Shown here piece by piece: positions 39,743 to 53,338 of a stretch of DNA of 64,000 nt. The translations under genes were made by a program, and so were the position numbers. Origin of the DNA: Octopus sinensis (lineage: Eukaryota); NCBI RefSeq assembly GCF_006345805.1, contig NC_042998.1, positions 98,208,001 through 98,272,000 of the forward strand. The letters are read 5' to 3'. Position 1 is the first letter of the stretch. Each line of letters starts with the position of its first letter. The notes beneath the pieces were generated by a model, which ran no database searches, was not told where the DNA came from, and saw only the letters and a list, made by a program, of their open reading frames with translations.

Positions 39743-41205
39743 TTAAATAGGATTCTCAGAGCTATCTTACATCTTTGTTAATAGTCATGACACAGTTACC
39801 AGACAATACAAATCAGATCAATTCTGAACAAAGCCTGGAATTCTTATTTGCAGTGTGTTATAAAGACAGAAATGAAGCAATAAATTTTTTAAATGGTAAG
39901 TAGCTTCAATAAGCATATCAAAGGTTACTTAATGACAATAACGTCCTGCCAGGCTTTTCTTTAACTGTCATGAGACTTTATAAAGATAAAAGTGAGAAAT
40001 TTTTCCCTGTCAGAGTACATAAAAAGAAATTTCAAGTGAGATGTGTTAACCATGACAAGCAACTGACATCCCACACAAGAAATTATCTATTAAAATCATT
40101 TGTTAAATCTACAAGAAATCCTAGCTGGGCTTAAAGAGAAGGCAGTTGTTTTCCTTCACATACCTGTGAGTGGAAATACCCTACTGGAATGCTGCTAAAG
40201 CTGATAGCATAGAGAAAGTCTCAAACGACACTATATACTTCATTATAAAGAGGAGAAAAAGAGACAGGAGAGAGAATTTCACATATAGCTAAAGCAGTTT
40301 TCTGTTTCTGTGATGTAATTGTTTTTAGCTCATAACACCTACAAGTGGATTCAAGTTAAGTCAAAGAGTTCAAAGAAACAAACAGGTTGTTCTGGTTTAG
40401 CATGTTATAAAACCCAATTTAAGATTAAGCAAAGGAATTTACAATGATGGCAGTGGTATATTAATATGCTGTAAACTACTACTTCTCGAAGCCCACACGT
40501 TATCTCTTGTCTCTCAGCAAAGAAAAGGGTTTTGGCGATAGCTTCCAACAACACTGATTCAGCTCAATAAATTCTAATGCTTACATGCAGAGCTAATAAT
40601 TCCTTTACACTGCAGCAGATTTATTATTGAGGGGGGAAAAAAGCATATAAGCAGTGCAGCAAAGAGAGGGAGTTGTGTGGCAACAAAAAAAAAAAAAGGG
40701 GGTAAACACAAGCAAAGGCTATGTATGATAACAAAGCAGCAGAGAGAAATAGGGTAGTACATAGGGAGATGGGAAAGAAAACAGACATGCCAACATACAT
40801 GATACAACATGTAAGTTGCAGTAGAAAGGGGGATATGAGGAATCAGCAAGTCCCATTAGATAAAGAAAAATAAAGACTAATAATTTTGACTAGCTCCTTT
40901 CTTATTTTGTTTGTCAGTTTACATTTTTATTTAGTTCTCTTTATTTGTTTTTTTTTTGTAATTGTTACATGATTTTATTAATGGCAATAACAGCAGCATA
41001 CATCTTTTTCAACCACTTAAAAGTACTTTAAAAGTAGTAGTTTCCTGATCTGAAGTTGGAGCTGAATACACACTACCTCCATCATCTTCTGAATCAGCAT
41101 ACATTACACTGACATTCCTTACAGCACACAATACCACTTTGTGTGTGTGTGTATGTGTACATGTATAAACATACACACGTGTAGGTGTGTATTCACACAC
41201 ACATT

Positions 41206-41214
41206 ATATATATA

Positions 41215-41272
<58 letters not shown>
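41206..41272. repeat. (AT)n microsatellite; one of many simple repeats
   Basis: Direct reading. Others include (AT)n(AC)n 15321-15377, (CT)n 32222-32282, (AT)n about 32965-33008 and 33445-33500, (CT)n(AT)n about 49313-49376, (CA)n about 9732-9800 and 39712-39739, and (CT)n about 7885-7913. Confidence 0.95.
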
Positions 41273-41277
<5 letters not shown>

Positions 41278-44200
41278 GATACTAATGTTGAAAAATAGAA
41301 CAGAATTTTTTTTATGAAATGTCAATTTATGAAAATTAAAACTATGTAATACATAACATTTGAAAAGTGCAGGAAAACTAAAAAAGATGAAAAAAAATGA
41401 AAAATGTATTTTTAGTTGTGGAACACTACATCAACTAGGAACAAGATATATGTATCTATGCAATATGATTGAATATATCAATGAACAAGTCATTAAGGTA
41501 TCAAACTACCATACCAAGTATTAAGAAATCGTATCTACCACACAACTTTCATTACATTGCCTCAGTGTACCCAAATGGGAATCAGGTGTCATACTTTACA
41601 AGGAAAGTTCCCAGCATTAGGGATTGATTACTAGCTTTGTGAACCCTAGCATGAAAGGATTTACTAATAATCATTAAAGCTAAGATATCCAACACCTAAT
41701 AACAGTCTGAAGAATCAAGAAATTATTTTTCTTAAAGAAATTAAATATTGATTTTCTTTCAAGGCCTACAGTTTTTGAGATCTTTTCCCCTCATACAGAA
41801 AAGGGTCACAGTGGTAAACAATGTAGGTTTAAATATTGCTCAAACCAACCATACCACTTTACTTACTTATACAAGTGATATGATTTTTCAAAATATAGTC
41901 AAAAGCTTGGAGACAGAAAATTCAGTCAGGTTGTTCACAAGTCACAGCAGCAGCATTTTAATGTCCCACTTTTCCATGTTTACACAAGTCAGAGTTTATT
42001 GAAAGAGATTTTCTATGGTCAGATGCACTTCTATCATCAACCCTCACTTATTTCCACTAAATATTGGAAATGAATGACACTCCTCATATGACAGTGACAA
42101 TCATTTACAACTATCAAACAATGATCAACTCAAGGAGACATAAATACACGCTCACACAAACAATTAAATACATATATACAGTGGGCTTCTTTCAGTTTCC
42201 AACAACCAAATTCACTCACAAGGTTTGGGTCTGCCCAAGGCTATAATTTAAGACACTTGCTCAAGATCCTACATGGTGGGACTGAATCTTCTTACTACAC
42301 ATCATTGAAAGAAAGTTTTATTAGTTTCTGAGCAACACAAGAAAAATTCTGAAAAATCACTTAAGAGCTGTCGGTCAAATGGCTCAACTTCAATATATGA
42401 AAGATACTAAATCAATGAAACAGGGAATCAAAAACAAATTTGAACTTAAACATGCAAGCAAAATAGACATCCTCCAAGCCACAATTTTTACACTAGTCAT
42501 TTCACCTTAAAATGAATGTTTTCTTAAGCACAAACATTTAATGTAATAAAGAATATATTTGAATTATCCTTACTGGTATATGTATATGTGCGTGTGTGTA
42601 TTATATATATATATATATATATATCTTTAAGAATGAAATACAAATTTGACCCCAACAGGACTTGAACTCAGAATTGTGTATCATGAAATAAGTCTCTGTC
42701 CTCTTCCTCAACCTAAAAATATACAATATCTACAACAATAGGGTAAAATTACTATAAATAAATTTAAAATTCCAGCCACTTTTGAGTAAATAACATTAAA
42801 GAATTCTTTTTTTCCTTTGTTTTCTTAATTTTGTTATACTTTTCCAACCTGCGTTAATATTTTTCATTTACAATTATTAAGTGAAACTGGCATGAAATTT
42901 GATGTTAAGTTATAAAAAAAACATAATATACATTACAAATAAGAAAATTAAGAAGATATGAAGCTTCTATTCCATACATAGTTGAGAAAATATAATCTTG
43001 AGACTAGTCTCAAACTATTCATCTAATTTTCAATTTATTTCACCACTGAATTAACAGCTTTCTTCATAATTGCTCTACATCCAAATAAATGGTATGCTAG
43101 TAATTATTCTTAATATGTAACAATAAGAGGAGACAAACACACAACTTTTTTCTAACTATTAAGCTGACACTATAGTCATTCAGCTAATTGTGAAGAGAGG
43201 TCTTACAAATACAGATTAAAAAATTTGAAAGCCGTGTTTTTTATTTATCTTTTAAACCTTTCAGTCACTGGACTGCAGCCATGCTAGGACACCATCTTGA
43301 CAGGTTTAGTCAAATTAATCAACCCCAGTACATACTTTTAAGCCTGATAATTATTCTAGCAGTCGCTTTTACCAAACCACTAAATCATAGGAGTGTAAAC
43401 AAACCAGCATGGTTTTTAAACAGCAGTGGGGAACAAATACAAAGACACACACACATACAATGGACTTCTTTCACTTTCCATCTATGAAATCCACTCTCAA
43501 GGTTTGGGTCAACCCATGGCTATAGCAGAAGACTTGCCCAAGGTGTCACATATTGAGACTGAACCCAGAACCATGTGGTTGAGAAGCAAACTTTTTACCA
43601 CAATGCCACACCTGTGCTTATTTATATGCACTCAAGTTTTAGAAGTAACAGAAAAGTTATGACATTGATTTTCTTTATGACGTCAAACTAACAAGAGTTC
43701 AAGATATATTTATTTTCTCAGGTTCCATTTATTATTTTTTTTTAATGCTACTACAAAAATTTCCCATTTGAGATAATATATATTGCTGTTTTCATCCTAG
43801 AAATGTTGGGCAGGTCCAAGAAATTAAGAGAAAGTACATGGATTAGTAGGTAGGGTGTTGGACTATGATTGTGGCTTCGATTCCTGAACTGAGCAATGCA
43901 TAGTGTTCTTGAGCAAAACACTTCATTTCATGTTGCTCCAGTCCACTCAGCTGGCACAAATGAGTAATCCTGCAACAGACTAGTGATTCATCCAGGGGAA
44001 ATATATATTTATACCACAGAAACTGGGAAACTGGCTTCATGACTCAAGAAGGAGCTCTGTCACTTTCTTATCTAAGAAATTAAGACATTTGAACCATTTG
44101 TTGGAGATGAGGATTTTTTTTTCTTTTCATTGGATGACCTCCATAAATCCAACCAGTTTATCTACTGCTTGGTTCTATTTACGTAAATGCATACTGACTA

Positions 44201-47200
44201 AAGTAATAAAAAAGATGTCACATTTCTAATCTGAAGGACAAAAAGTGTTCTTTATTGTCAGTGCTGGTCTACTGAATGAAATTTCAAAGGTGATAAAATT
44301 TACATACATTTATTCCCACTTTCTGGGGGGTTTTTTATAAGCATTATGTGCTCTCCCCAGGTGCCTTTGACAATCCACTTAGAATGCACATTTTCCCTGC
44401 AAGCATTAATCTCAAAATGCAGGGTTAGCCTTCAAAGTCAAAGGCACTGCTCTTTCTCTCCAGACAAAATTTTTAAAAAATAATAATCTGACAAGGCTGA
44501 TGAACGTCGTCAAGTATAAAAGAAATAATTTCTTTTTGGATTTATATATAAGAGAGACCTTTAACTCCACTCTAAATTACTACATGCTGCAAAATTAGTG
44601 GAAGTAACGAGCTGTCCACACTTGATCAGTTATAAAATTAACTAGCGATATTCCAGATGGTTTGTCTCACATTAAATTACAGTACAATGAAAAAAAGCTA
44701 GAGTATCTTCTTACATGGAATTACAAAAGGGAAATCTAAACACTAAACGGTATAATGGTAATTATAGCCAATGTTGCTAACCAGGGCAGGAAGTTTTGAG
44801 TCCAACGTGGCTTTCATAATTCGTCTGTATTGTTATTTGATCTATATAATGAAGCTTCTTGCAGTTAAAACTTATACATTACGCGATACTTATAGACGTT
44901 AATTTTGGAAACTTCAAAAAAAGAAAATACAGAAAGCTAATATGTTTATGGCTAATACTGATTCTAACATAGGCTCACGGCCTCTTTTTTTTTTTTTTCT
45001 TTTTCTTGAAAGAAATATAGTCGACTAAATTGACACTAGTCCATGGTTGCTATTGACTTAAGAAAAATGAAAGGTAAAACAGATATCGGCGGAAGTTTAA
45101 CTCAATATCTAAACGATCATAACTATATAACACCTGGGGCATTTTAATCCACGCTCTAACTATCCCGACATAAAACAACTCTTAATTCATCAAACTAATA
45201 GATTAACTAGAACTTTAATGCCACTACGAATGAGCTTCCACCTCAAACTACAGGATGAAATAAGAAGCACATTTGGTCTGCACACACACACATACATAAC
45301 TAGAATGTGTGTGTGAAATTCTATTCGTTTCTCTATAACACCTTTGTGTCATTCACATACTGTATGTTGTGATTAGGACTAGTAGTTTCTAATGTTTACC
45401 CATCATCCAAATATTTACAAAAGCGCTCCTGTAAAAGTCATTTCTTTCGTCAGGCACTACAAGTAAAGATGCTCCCGTTATGTAGTGCACAATACATCAA
45501 CAAGTTGGATGGTTTGTATCATTCTCACGATAGTTAATCTACCTATAGCTCCACTGAATGGGGTCAAGAGATTAAAGTGCTTTAGGGATAGACCACATAC
45601 TAATTTATTAAGAATATATTCTAATAGCTTTGTTATATATACTTTACAGACAATAGTCGAAACAACTTTTTTATGAACAAATCGAAAAATAATCGAAAAC
45701 AAACAAGGCTTTATTTTTAATACCTTTTAGAGGAAATTCTTGCATGATTTAAGAATATTTGCAATTAAATTATATCAATTAAAGCTGAACTGAGGCGATG
45801 AAACTCTAAATGAATGCAATGGAGGAAAAAGTCGAAAAATGATCAGCTGACTGATTCCAAAATGTTAACATGGAATATGTTAATATATCATACACCTTAA
45901 TTTATTAAACAAATGAAAGAACAGAGATATTAACAGTTACTAAATTAAACTGTGCTGGATTAAAGTACAATCTCTAAACCACATATGTAAAGAAAAATAT
46001 GTCAGTTCGGTAAATATTCACACACGTAGTATATAACAGTACATGCTTTAATGTACTTGAAAGCGTACAACTGCTTAATTAGCATACGCCTTGAGCTAAA
46101 TATGCATGTATATACATGTCAGCAAAAATGTACACGTACGTATATATACATTTTACACGTGCCTATAGCCACCCCCTTGTACGCATCCTTAAAAATCAAA
46201 TATCCAGAGTTACGCGCTTACACAATATTATAGTTAAGATTCGAAACTCAAGTGATAAGTTTGTTAGAAATGATTAAATTGGTTAAAAGTTTCACGATTT
46301 TGTTTCAAATTACTATGATAATAATGCTCGCTAAATGCCTGATGTAAAATATGGCTTTCCTTTTGTGTCAACTTCTGTTCACTAAAGTGACCCATGTTTA
46401 CAAAATATGCAGCCAATAATAACCGGTTCGATTACTACAATGAAGAAATTTAGAAATGCATATACATGTGAGTCAGAAATACATTGCATAGTAAAGGAAA
46501 TTATTACCTGCTATAAAGTTAAATAATCTAAACTAGAAATTCATGATAAATATTCGTCTGTTAGGAGAAAAGTAGGTAAACCAACTACAGCAGATGATGC
46601 TGATAAATAAAAGGTTTATTATATATAAATTCTGGTCTTTTTCTTTTTAATCAGCTAGTTTCCTGTTATATAGCAGGTGTTAATATTAGCAATATATAAA
46701 GAACAACGGATTTTCAAAGGTGATGACTACTGCAAAACAGTGGAATTTGCAACACTAACCCATGAATAAGAAAAATAAACTTCAAAAAGTTCATAGAGAA
46801 AATTAAGTAATGTCACACGCAGATCACCGATGTATGACTTTCCGTTGACTGAAAATATAGTAGGGGCGTGGAAATGGATATGACTATATCTATTAGATAA
46901 TAATATCTATGAGTAAGCATATTATTCTCTTTGTGAGGTTGAAAGCATTGATGGAGAAAATATTTCATTGCACCCTTTAGAAGAAATTATCCCAGCTCCT
47001 ATCAAGAAAGATGCCTCTAATGGGTCACTGGACTTTCTAGAAATCTCAGTAGAACATCTATTTCACACCCTATCTTTAATAAAGGCAAGCCATCAGATAA
47101 TGTCCTAAATACACTACGCTTGGGTAAAAATAGCGTGATGGTCACGACTGAGACGCCTGGGAGTATAGGTTTGTTCGGTCAGGGTTAGCTTGCTGCTAAA

Positions 47201-47640
47201 GAAGTAAGTATCCCGTCTCTTAAATACTGTTAGCTATAAACAGGTGCTAGCTCAAGTGTCACGATCCACTTACATTGACGTGGAATAGAGGAAGATCATC
47301 CTATGTTTATTATTGGTGATGTGGAGTGTCAAACCGGCATCAAACACTAACAGAACTTGCGGATTCAATAAAGACTCTCCCTCTTGCTATCTTTACACAC
47401 ATGAATAGCAAATTAACGTGTTTTGGGGGATTATACACGCAGACAATTTGTCTCCTATGTGATTTATAATTCGGTGTTTTCACAATAATAGCAACTTATG
47501 GGTTTCTGAATAATAGTTGATGCGCTCGTATACATTTCTATATCGAAAAGCAACATTTCCGATATTACGAGAGAAGAAAAAAAAAGGGCAATAATTAAGG
47601 AGATTAAAAAACAAATAATAGTAACACTGTATAAAATCTA

Positions 47641-47907
<267 letters not shown>

Positions 47908-48558
47908 TCAGATATTTGTCTGTATGTAAGAATAGGTGTTTGTATGTTTATATGTATATATAAAAAAAGGAAGGTGTAGGTATATATGTTTATAAAGGGA
48001 TAATAATACGTTTAGTGACTGTGTTGCCTGTTCTGGTAGAGAAAGACAACTGTATTGTAAAACTAAAGACAAAAATGACGAGCAGCAAAATCACAGCATA
48101 TTACTAGAAGTATTAACTGTGATAGGCAAAAGACCCTGAAGCTGCTGTCCGTCTTCTAGTTGGTAATGATCACCTGTAATCCTCGGCAAGTCTGCTCTCC
48201 AATAGCAGAGGTCGTCTTTACATAACAATGCCGACGATTCCATCGCTTAGAGAACAGATAAACAAGATAGCTTCAAATCACAATTTACGTCAGCGACGGA
48301 GAAAATTGTGAGTAGGTTTACTATCTCGTTAAATTTACATACATTATACACATGCAGGGAACTGATAAGCTATGCTACAGTTAAACTTTAGCGTACAGAA
48401 TAGGATTTTAACATGAAATTCTTCTTGATGTATATATATATATGTTCGTGATAAGTTCCAGTGTGAAAATTTTAGAAGTCAAGGCACGCAACAAGGAGCA
48501 ATTGTAAAAGAAAGAAAATGCAACTTTACAAACGTATGTGGCATTGCTTGTTGACGAG

Positions 48559-48668
48559 CCAATATAAGTAGAAACAGGTTTTGGTTAGATTTTAAATAAA
48601 ATGGTAATGACACCGAGCTTTTATACTGTCTCGAATGAGTCTGGCAGAAGACGTGACGTAATATAAAA
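48559..48668. promoter_or_regulatory. Candidate core promoter region upstream of the FAM102-like gene
   Basis: CCAAT at 48559, minus-strand TATAAAAG at 48625-48618, CRE/ATF-like TGACGTAA at 48654 and plus-strand TATAAAA at 48662. They lie in a CpG-retaining zone 0.7-0.8 kb upstream of the ATG. Motif matches only. Confidence 0.3.
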
Positions 48669-49313
48669 AAAATCTACTCTTTAGAATTATGTTGTTGCTC
48701 GTATTTTACATATATGTATATATATATATCTATATATATATATTTTTACTTCTGTCAGTCGTGAGTTTAACGTTATGTTGATAAAGCAGGAATACACACA
48801 CAGGCACAGAAAGAATCTACAGTTATCTATTCATACATTGCATACACGCACGCACGCACGCACATACAATATTTACATGTATAAGTATCCGCCTATCTTA
48901 CACCAAAATATAAATTAGGCTCGGAATGAAACAAAGAGCAAAACAGTGGGAAATAAAACCCAATAAAAAAAATCTAGTTCAAGTCATATATTACCACCAC
49001 GGTTCGGAAATCCTCAGCGAATCAGATACATTAAGAACAAGGGAGAAATATTACGAGTGCATTTAATGTGTGTACACGCAGCTTGGTGTAAAGTCAGCGA
49101 AGAGTTGAATAAAGATACAGGAGGAAAGGGGGTGATTAACACGACTCTATTCACCCTTTATTTTTCACTTTTTTCTTATTTTATTTTATTTTTGGCTGTA
49201 AAAAATAAATATATTTATTTATGATTCGTCGTTTAGCTTTCTAGAGTACCCTAAACAATTTATTTTAAATTACTGTAGTGAGTAAACTACTTACTCACTC
49301 AATCACACACACA

Positions 49314-49385
<72 letters not shown>

Positions 49386-49742
49386 ACCTGTGTATTGAAA
49401 AAACTGAACTTTTAATATAAACGTAAAGAAGACATGTATTTAAAAGAGAAAGAAAAGCAAAACAAGATTTAGTTTGATGATCGAAAGGATTTTCTTTTTC
49501 TTAGCGTCATAAGCGACACATTCATGTTAGCACTCGATTTTTTCCTTTCTTTTTGGATTTTCATATATATTTTCGTTTTCGTTTTAGTTTTTCATATGTG
49601 TTCTAAGCGACCGACCTAATTTTGCATCATTCAAAAGCTACTGAAAGCGGTAAAAGTAACGTTGTGGGTTCGAGCTTGATTCGGAATAACTGTGGATAAA
49701 TTATTTAAAATTATGTAGGATCTTTCAAAATATATCATTTGA

Positions 49743-50446
49743 TTAATATTTACATCTTGACCCGGAAATGAAAATCCCAAAAAACTACTGGAATGGATGT
49801 AAAACAATGTGTAGGAAACGAATATGAAAAAACAAATGCGCGCAAAGCAACGGGAGGGTGGGAAGAGGACTTCGGAAAATTCACAAGATCCGAGTTTTTC
49901 CCTCATAACTTTTAGGAAAATAGATACTTTTCAATGAAATACTATAGAAATAGCATTCAAACAGCATACATTACGATTATAAAGAAATTTGTGGGGAAAA
50001 TCTTTTCCAAAGGGTGGGGAGAGGACTTCGGAAAATTCACAAGATCCAAGTTTTTCCCTCATAACTGCCGTTTCAAAGGTATTTATATAAAATTTCATTG
50101 AAAAAAACTCCATTTTCCTAAAAGTTACGGGGGAAACACTCGGATTTTGTGAATTTTCCGAAGTCCTCTCCCCATCCCCCTTGGAAAAGATTTTCCCCAC
50201 AATTTTCTTTATAATCGTAATGTATGCCGTTTGAAAAGTATTTATATAAAATTCCATTGAAAACAACCTCATTTTCCTAAAAGTTATGAGGGAAAAACTC
50301 GGATCTAGGGAATTTTCCGAAGTACTCTTCCCACCCTCCCGTTGTTTTGCGCGCGTTTTTTTTATATTCGTTTCCTACATATTTTTTTACACCCATTCCA
50401 ATATTGGGGGGGGGGGTTCAATTCCGGGTCAAGATGTAAACATTAA
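49743..50446. mobile_element. Foldback element with long inverted arms built from 156-159 bp tandem units
   Basis: The left end TTAAtatttacatcttgacccggaa mirrors the right end ttccgggtcaagatgtaaacaTTAA. The motif gaggacttcggaaaattc occurs at 49865 and 50021, and its reverse complement at about 50151 and 50310. The symmetry centre is near 50066. Confidence 0.85.
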
Positions 50447-52959
50447 CCTATCATTTTTCTTTGTTTTTATAAACATTATCATCATCACCATAGTTTAACG
50501 TACGTTTTCCATGCTAGCATGAGTTGGACGGTTCGACCGGGGTCTGGGAAGCCAGGAGGCTGCACCAGGCTCCAGTCTGATCTGGCAGTGTTTCTACAGT
50601 TGGAAGCCTTTCCTAATGCAACCACTCCGTGAGTGCAGTGGATGCTTTTTACGTGCCATCGGCACAGTGACCAGAGGAGGCTTGCAACGGCCACGATCGG
50701 TTGGTGATTTTTATGTGCCATCGGCATGGAAGCCAGTTAAGGCGGCGCTGGCATTGGCCATGTTTAGATGATGCTTTTTACATGCCACCGGCACAGGTAT
50801 CACAACTACAATTTCTGCTCGATTTTTATTTTGAGGTTGATGTATTCGACTCAATAGGTCTCCTCAAGCACAGCAGGTCGCCCTATGATCCAAGGTACAT
50901 TTGAATGGACTGGGGCTGGTTATGCAAAACTGGTGCAGCCATGAACTCATTTTATTATAAACCTATTATAATGGCATTTTCATGCAGTCAAGTTTGTGTA
51001 AAAGGCTTATAAATTAGTGAATCGGTTTTGTTTTTTATGTACAAATATCTCAATTTTCAGAACTAGCTAATTCATATCTAACTAGGCATCAATGTTTCTG
51101 AAAATGTCAAAGATCATATAAATGCTGAAAAAAAGGTTATGCTCTGATGAGGTCTAATAACACTGAAACATGTAGTTACCTCTATGTTTGCTAAAGATCA
51201 GACTAATTGAATATTAGTTTTCAAATGAATATTTTAATTTCTTCACTACATGCATAAATCAAATTTTAAGTAATTAAAATATTGAATTTGTCACTCCCTT
51301 TAACTTTAACCAAATTTGATTACCATTAGTCATTGAGCCTATGTTTTCGTTTCCTCACTGCAATGATCATTATAATTAACTGGTTTTTCTTTTACTCATT
51401 GTATTAAGTTTCTTAGTTTTAACTCAGTGTATTATGTTTGCTTAGCTATCGTGTTTCATGCAGCAGGAATTCTGGATAATTTTCTTCAGTCATTAGTCAC
51501 AGGTTTGGCTGTCTGGTAAGAAGTTTGCTTCCCAACTACATGCATCTAGGTCCAGCCGCATGGCACCTTGGGCATGTGTCTGATACTATAGCCCTGGGCT
51601 GACCAGAACCTTGCAAGAGAATCTGGTATCTGGTAGATGGAAATTGAAAGGATCATGCCGTGTGTGTGTGTCTGCATGTATATTTGTTTGTTCTCACCAC
51701 CACTTCACAACTGGTGTTGGTTTGAATATGTCCCCGTAATTTGGCAATTTGGCAAAAAAGACTGACAGAATAGGTGCCAAGCTAAATACTGGAATCAGTT
51801 CATTCAGCTAAATTTCTTCAAGGTAGTGCCCCAGCATGACTGCTGTCTAATGACTGAAACAAGTGAAAGATAAAAGATTATGTTTGCCATAATTTGTGTA
51901 AATCAGCATAGGGAGTCTATCACAAAATCTAAGTTCCAAAGAGAAATCTGACAAAGCAGAACAAGACTGTATTCAAGCTCTGGGAGCAGAAAGTCCTATA
52001 ATAACTGAAGAAGGCAAGAATGAAAGGCAAAGTCTATCTCAGTGGAATTTGAACTCAGAACACAAAGACAGATGAAATACCTCTAAGTATTTTGTCTAGC
52101 ATGCTAACAATTCTGCCAGCTTTAAGGAGGTTTAATAATCTTTTCTACTCTAGGCACAAGGCACAAAATTTTGGGGGAGGGGGCCTAGTTGATTAAATCG
52201 ATCCCCGTACGCAACTGGTACTTAATTTGTCGACTTCAAAAGGATGAAAGGCAAAGTTGACCTCGGCAGAATTTGAACTCAGAATGTAAAGACATGAAAT
52301 ATCGCTAAGCATTTCACCCAGCTTGGTAATGTTAATAATAAAACATGTTTAGGAAAATGGATTGGCACTGGATGGGTGCTTCACAATTCTGTACATAGTT
52401 CATGGAAGGAAAAGGCAAGGACAAGATCTCTCCAAACAAATAACAATAATAATTTATTTCGCCTGAATAAACATTTCATCTCTGGACATTGGTAGCCTTG
52501 GAGTGGAAGCAGCAGAGCTGGTAGTTAGACACAAAAATACGAAGGCATTTTCACAAACTCGCAACGTCACTCGCCGTCAGAATTCTAGCTCCACGGAGCT
52601 GGTCTAAGTTGCATCCTGTCTGGTCAGAAGCCGGGGCCGAAGAGGAATGGGTGGTCAAACCTAGCTGCTGATGATGATTGCACATGTGCATAAGGGGCTT
52701 CCATCAAATCTCTGAAAAGCTCTAATTCTATGCGCATGCATGGATGAATGTTCCACAATGGCATCTAGAACCAGGCATCTCTACACATGTTTGGAGTTGC
52801 CAAAGATAAAATAAACTAATACTGATCTTTGAACTTGGACACATAGTTGTAATTGAAGTGAATTAAGAATTTTGGAGTTATGTCATCATCCTAACAAAAT
52901 TTGTTGATCTTGCTTAGGCCCCAGACAACTTGAAGACACTTAGCTTAGATATTTGATTC

Positions 52960-53338
52960 ATACAGTTCTATATTTAAGAGATGAGGAATTATATACATTA
53001 TTTACATTCGACGGATATTTATCCTCATCTTGTTTGTTGTTAACACAACGTTTCGGCTAATATACCCTCCAGCCTTCTTGAGGTATCTTGGGGAAATTTC
53101 GAACCTGGGTTCTCATTCCTAAGGTATTCTTCGATGTTGTTGTTGTTCAGGTCACTGCTTGGAATCGAACTCGGAATCTTGGGGTTAGTAGCCTGCACTC
53201 TTAACCACTATGCCTGTGGGCAATTATGGAGTGAATTTTAGGGCTTATAAATCTAATATAATATAATATCTGAAGAAGGCTGGAAAAGTTGTGTTAACAA
53301 CAAACAAGATGAGGACAAATATCCGTCGAATGTAAATA
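52960..53338 (-). mobile_element. tRNA-headed element with a Penelope-like tail and an inverted partial tail copy
   Basis: Bounded by the direct repeat atatttgattc (52949-52959 and 53339-53349). tRNA-like head at about 53221-53150. Inverted repeat between 52997-53080 and 53270-53340. Confidence 0.7.

Noticed and set aside
40164-40200. 37-nt candidate exon (cag|...CAG|gtatgt)
   Set aside because: Good-looking splice sites, but the peptide (FSSIPVGYFHSQ) is unrelated to FAM102; such pairs are expected by chance in 47 kb.
51144-51190. Hammerhead ribozyme CTGATGA...GAAAC
   Set aside because: The core words are present, but stem II (ggtctaataacact) and stem I do not pair convincingly; at most a decayed relic.
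53150-53221. Functional tRNA gene (also the heads at 13333, 23204 and 57190)
   Set aside because: A and B boxes are present, but I could not form a complete cloverleaf or acceptor stem, and each head continues into a repeat body; they are SINE heads.
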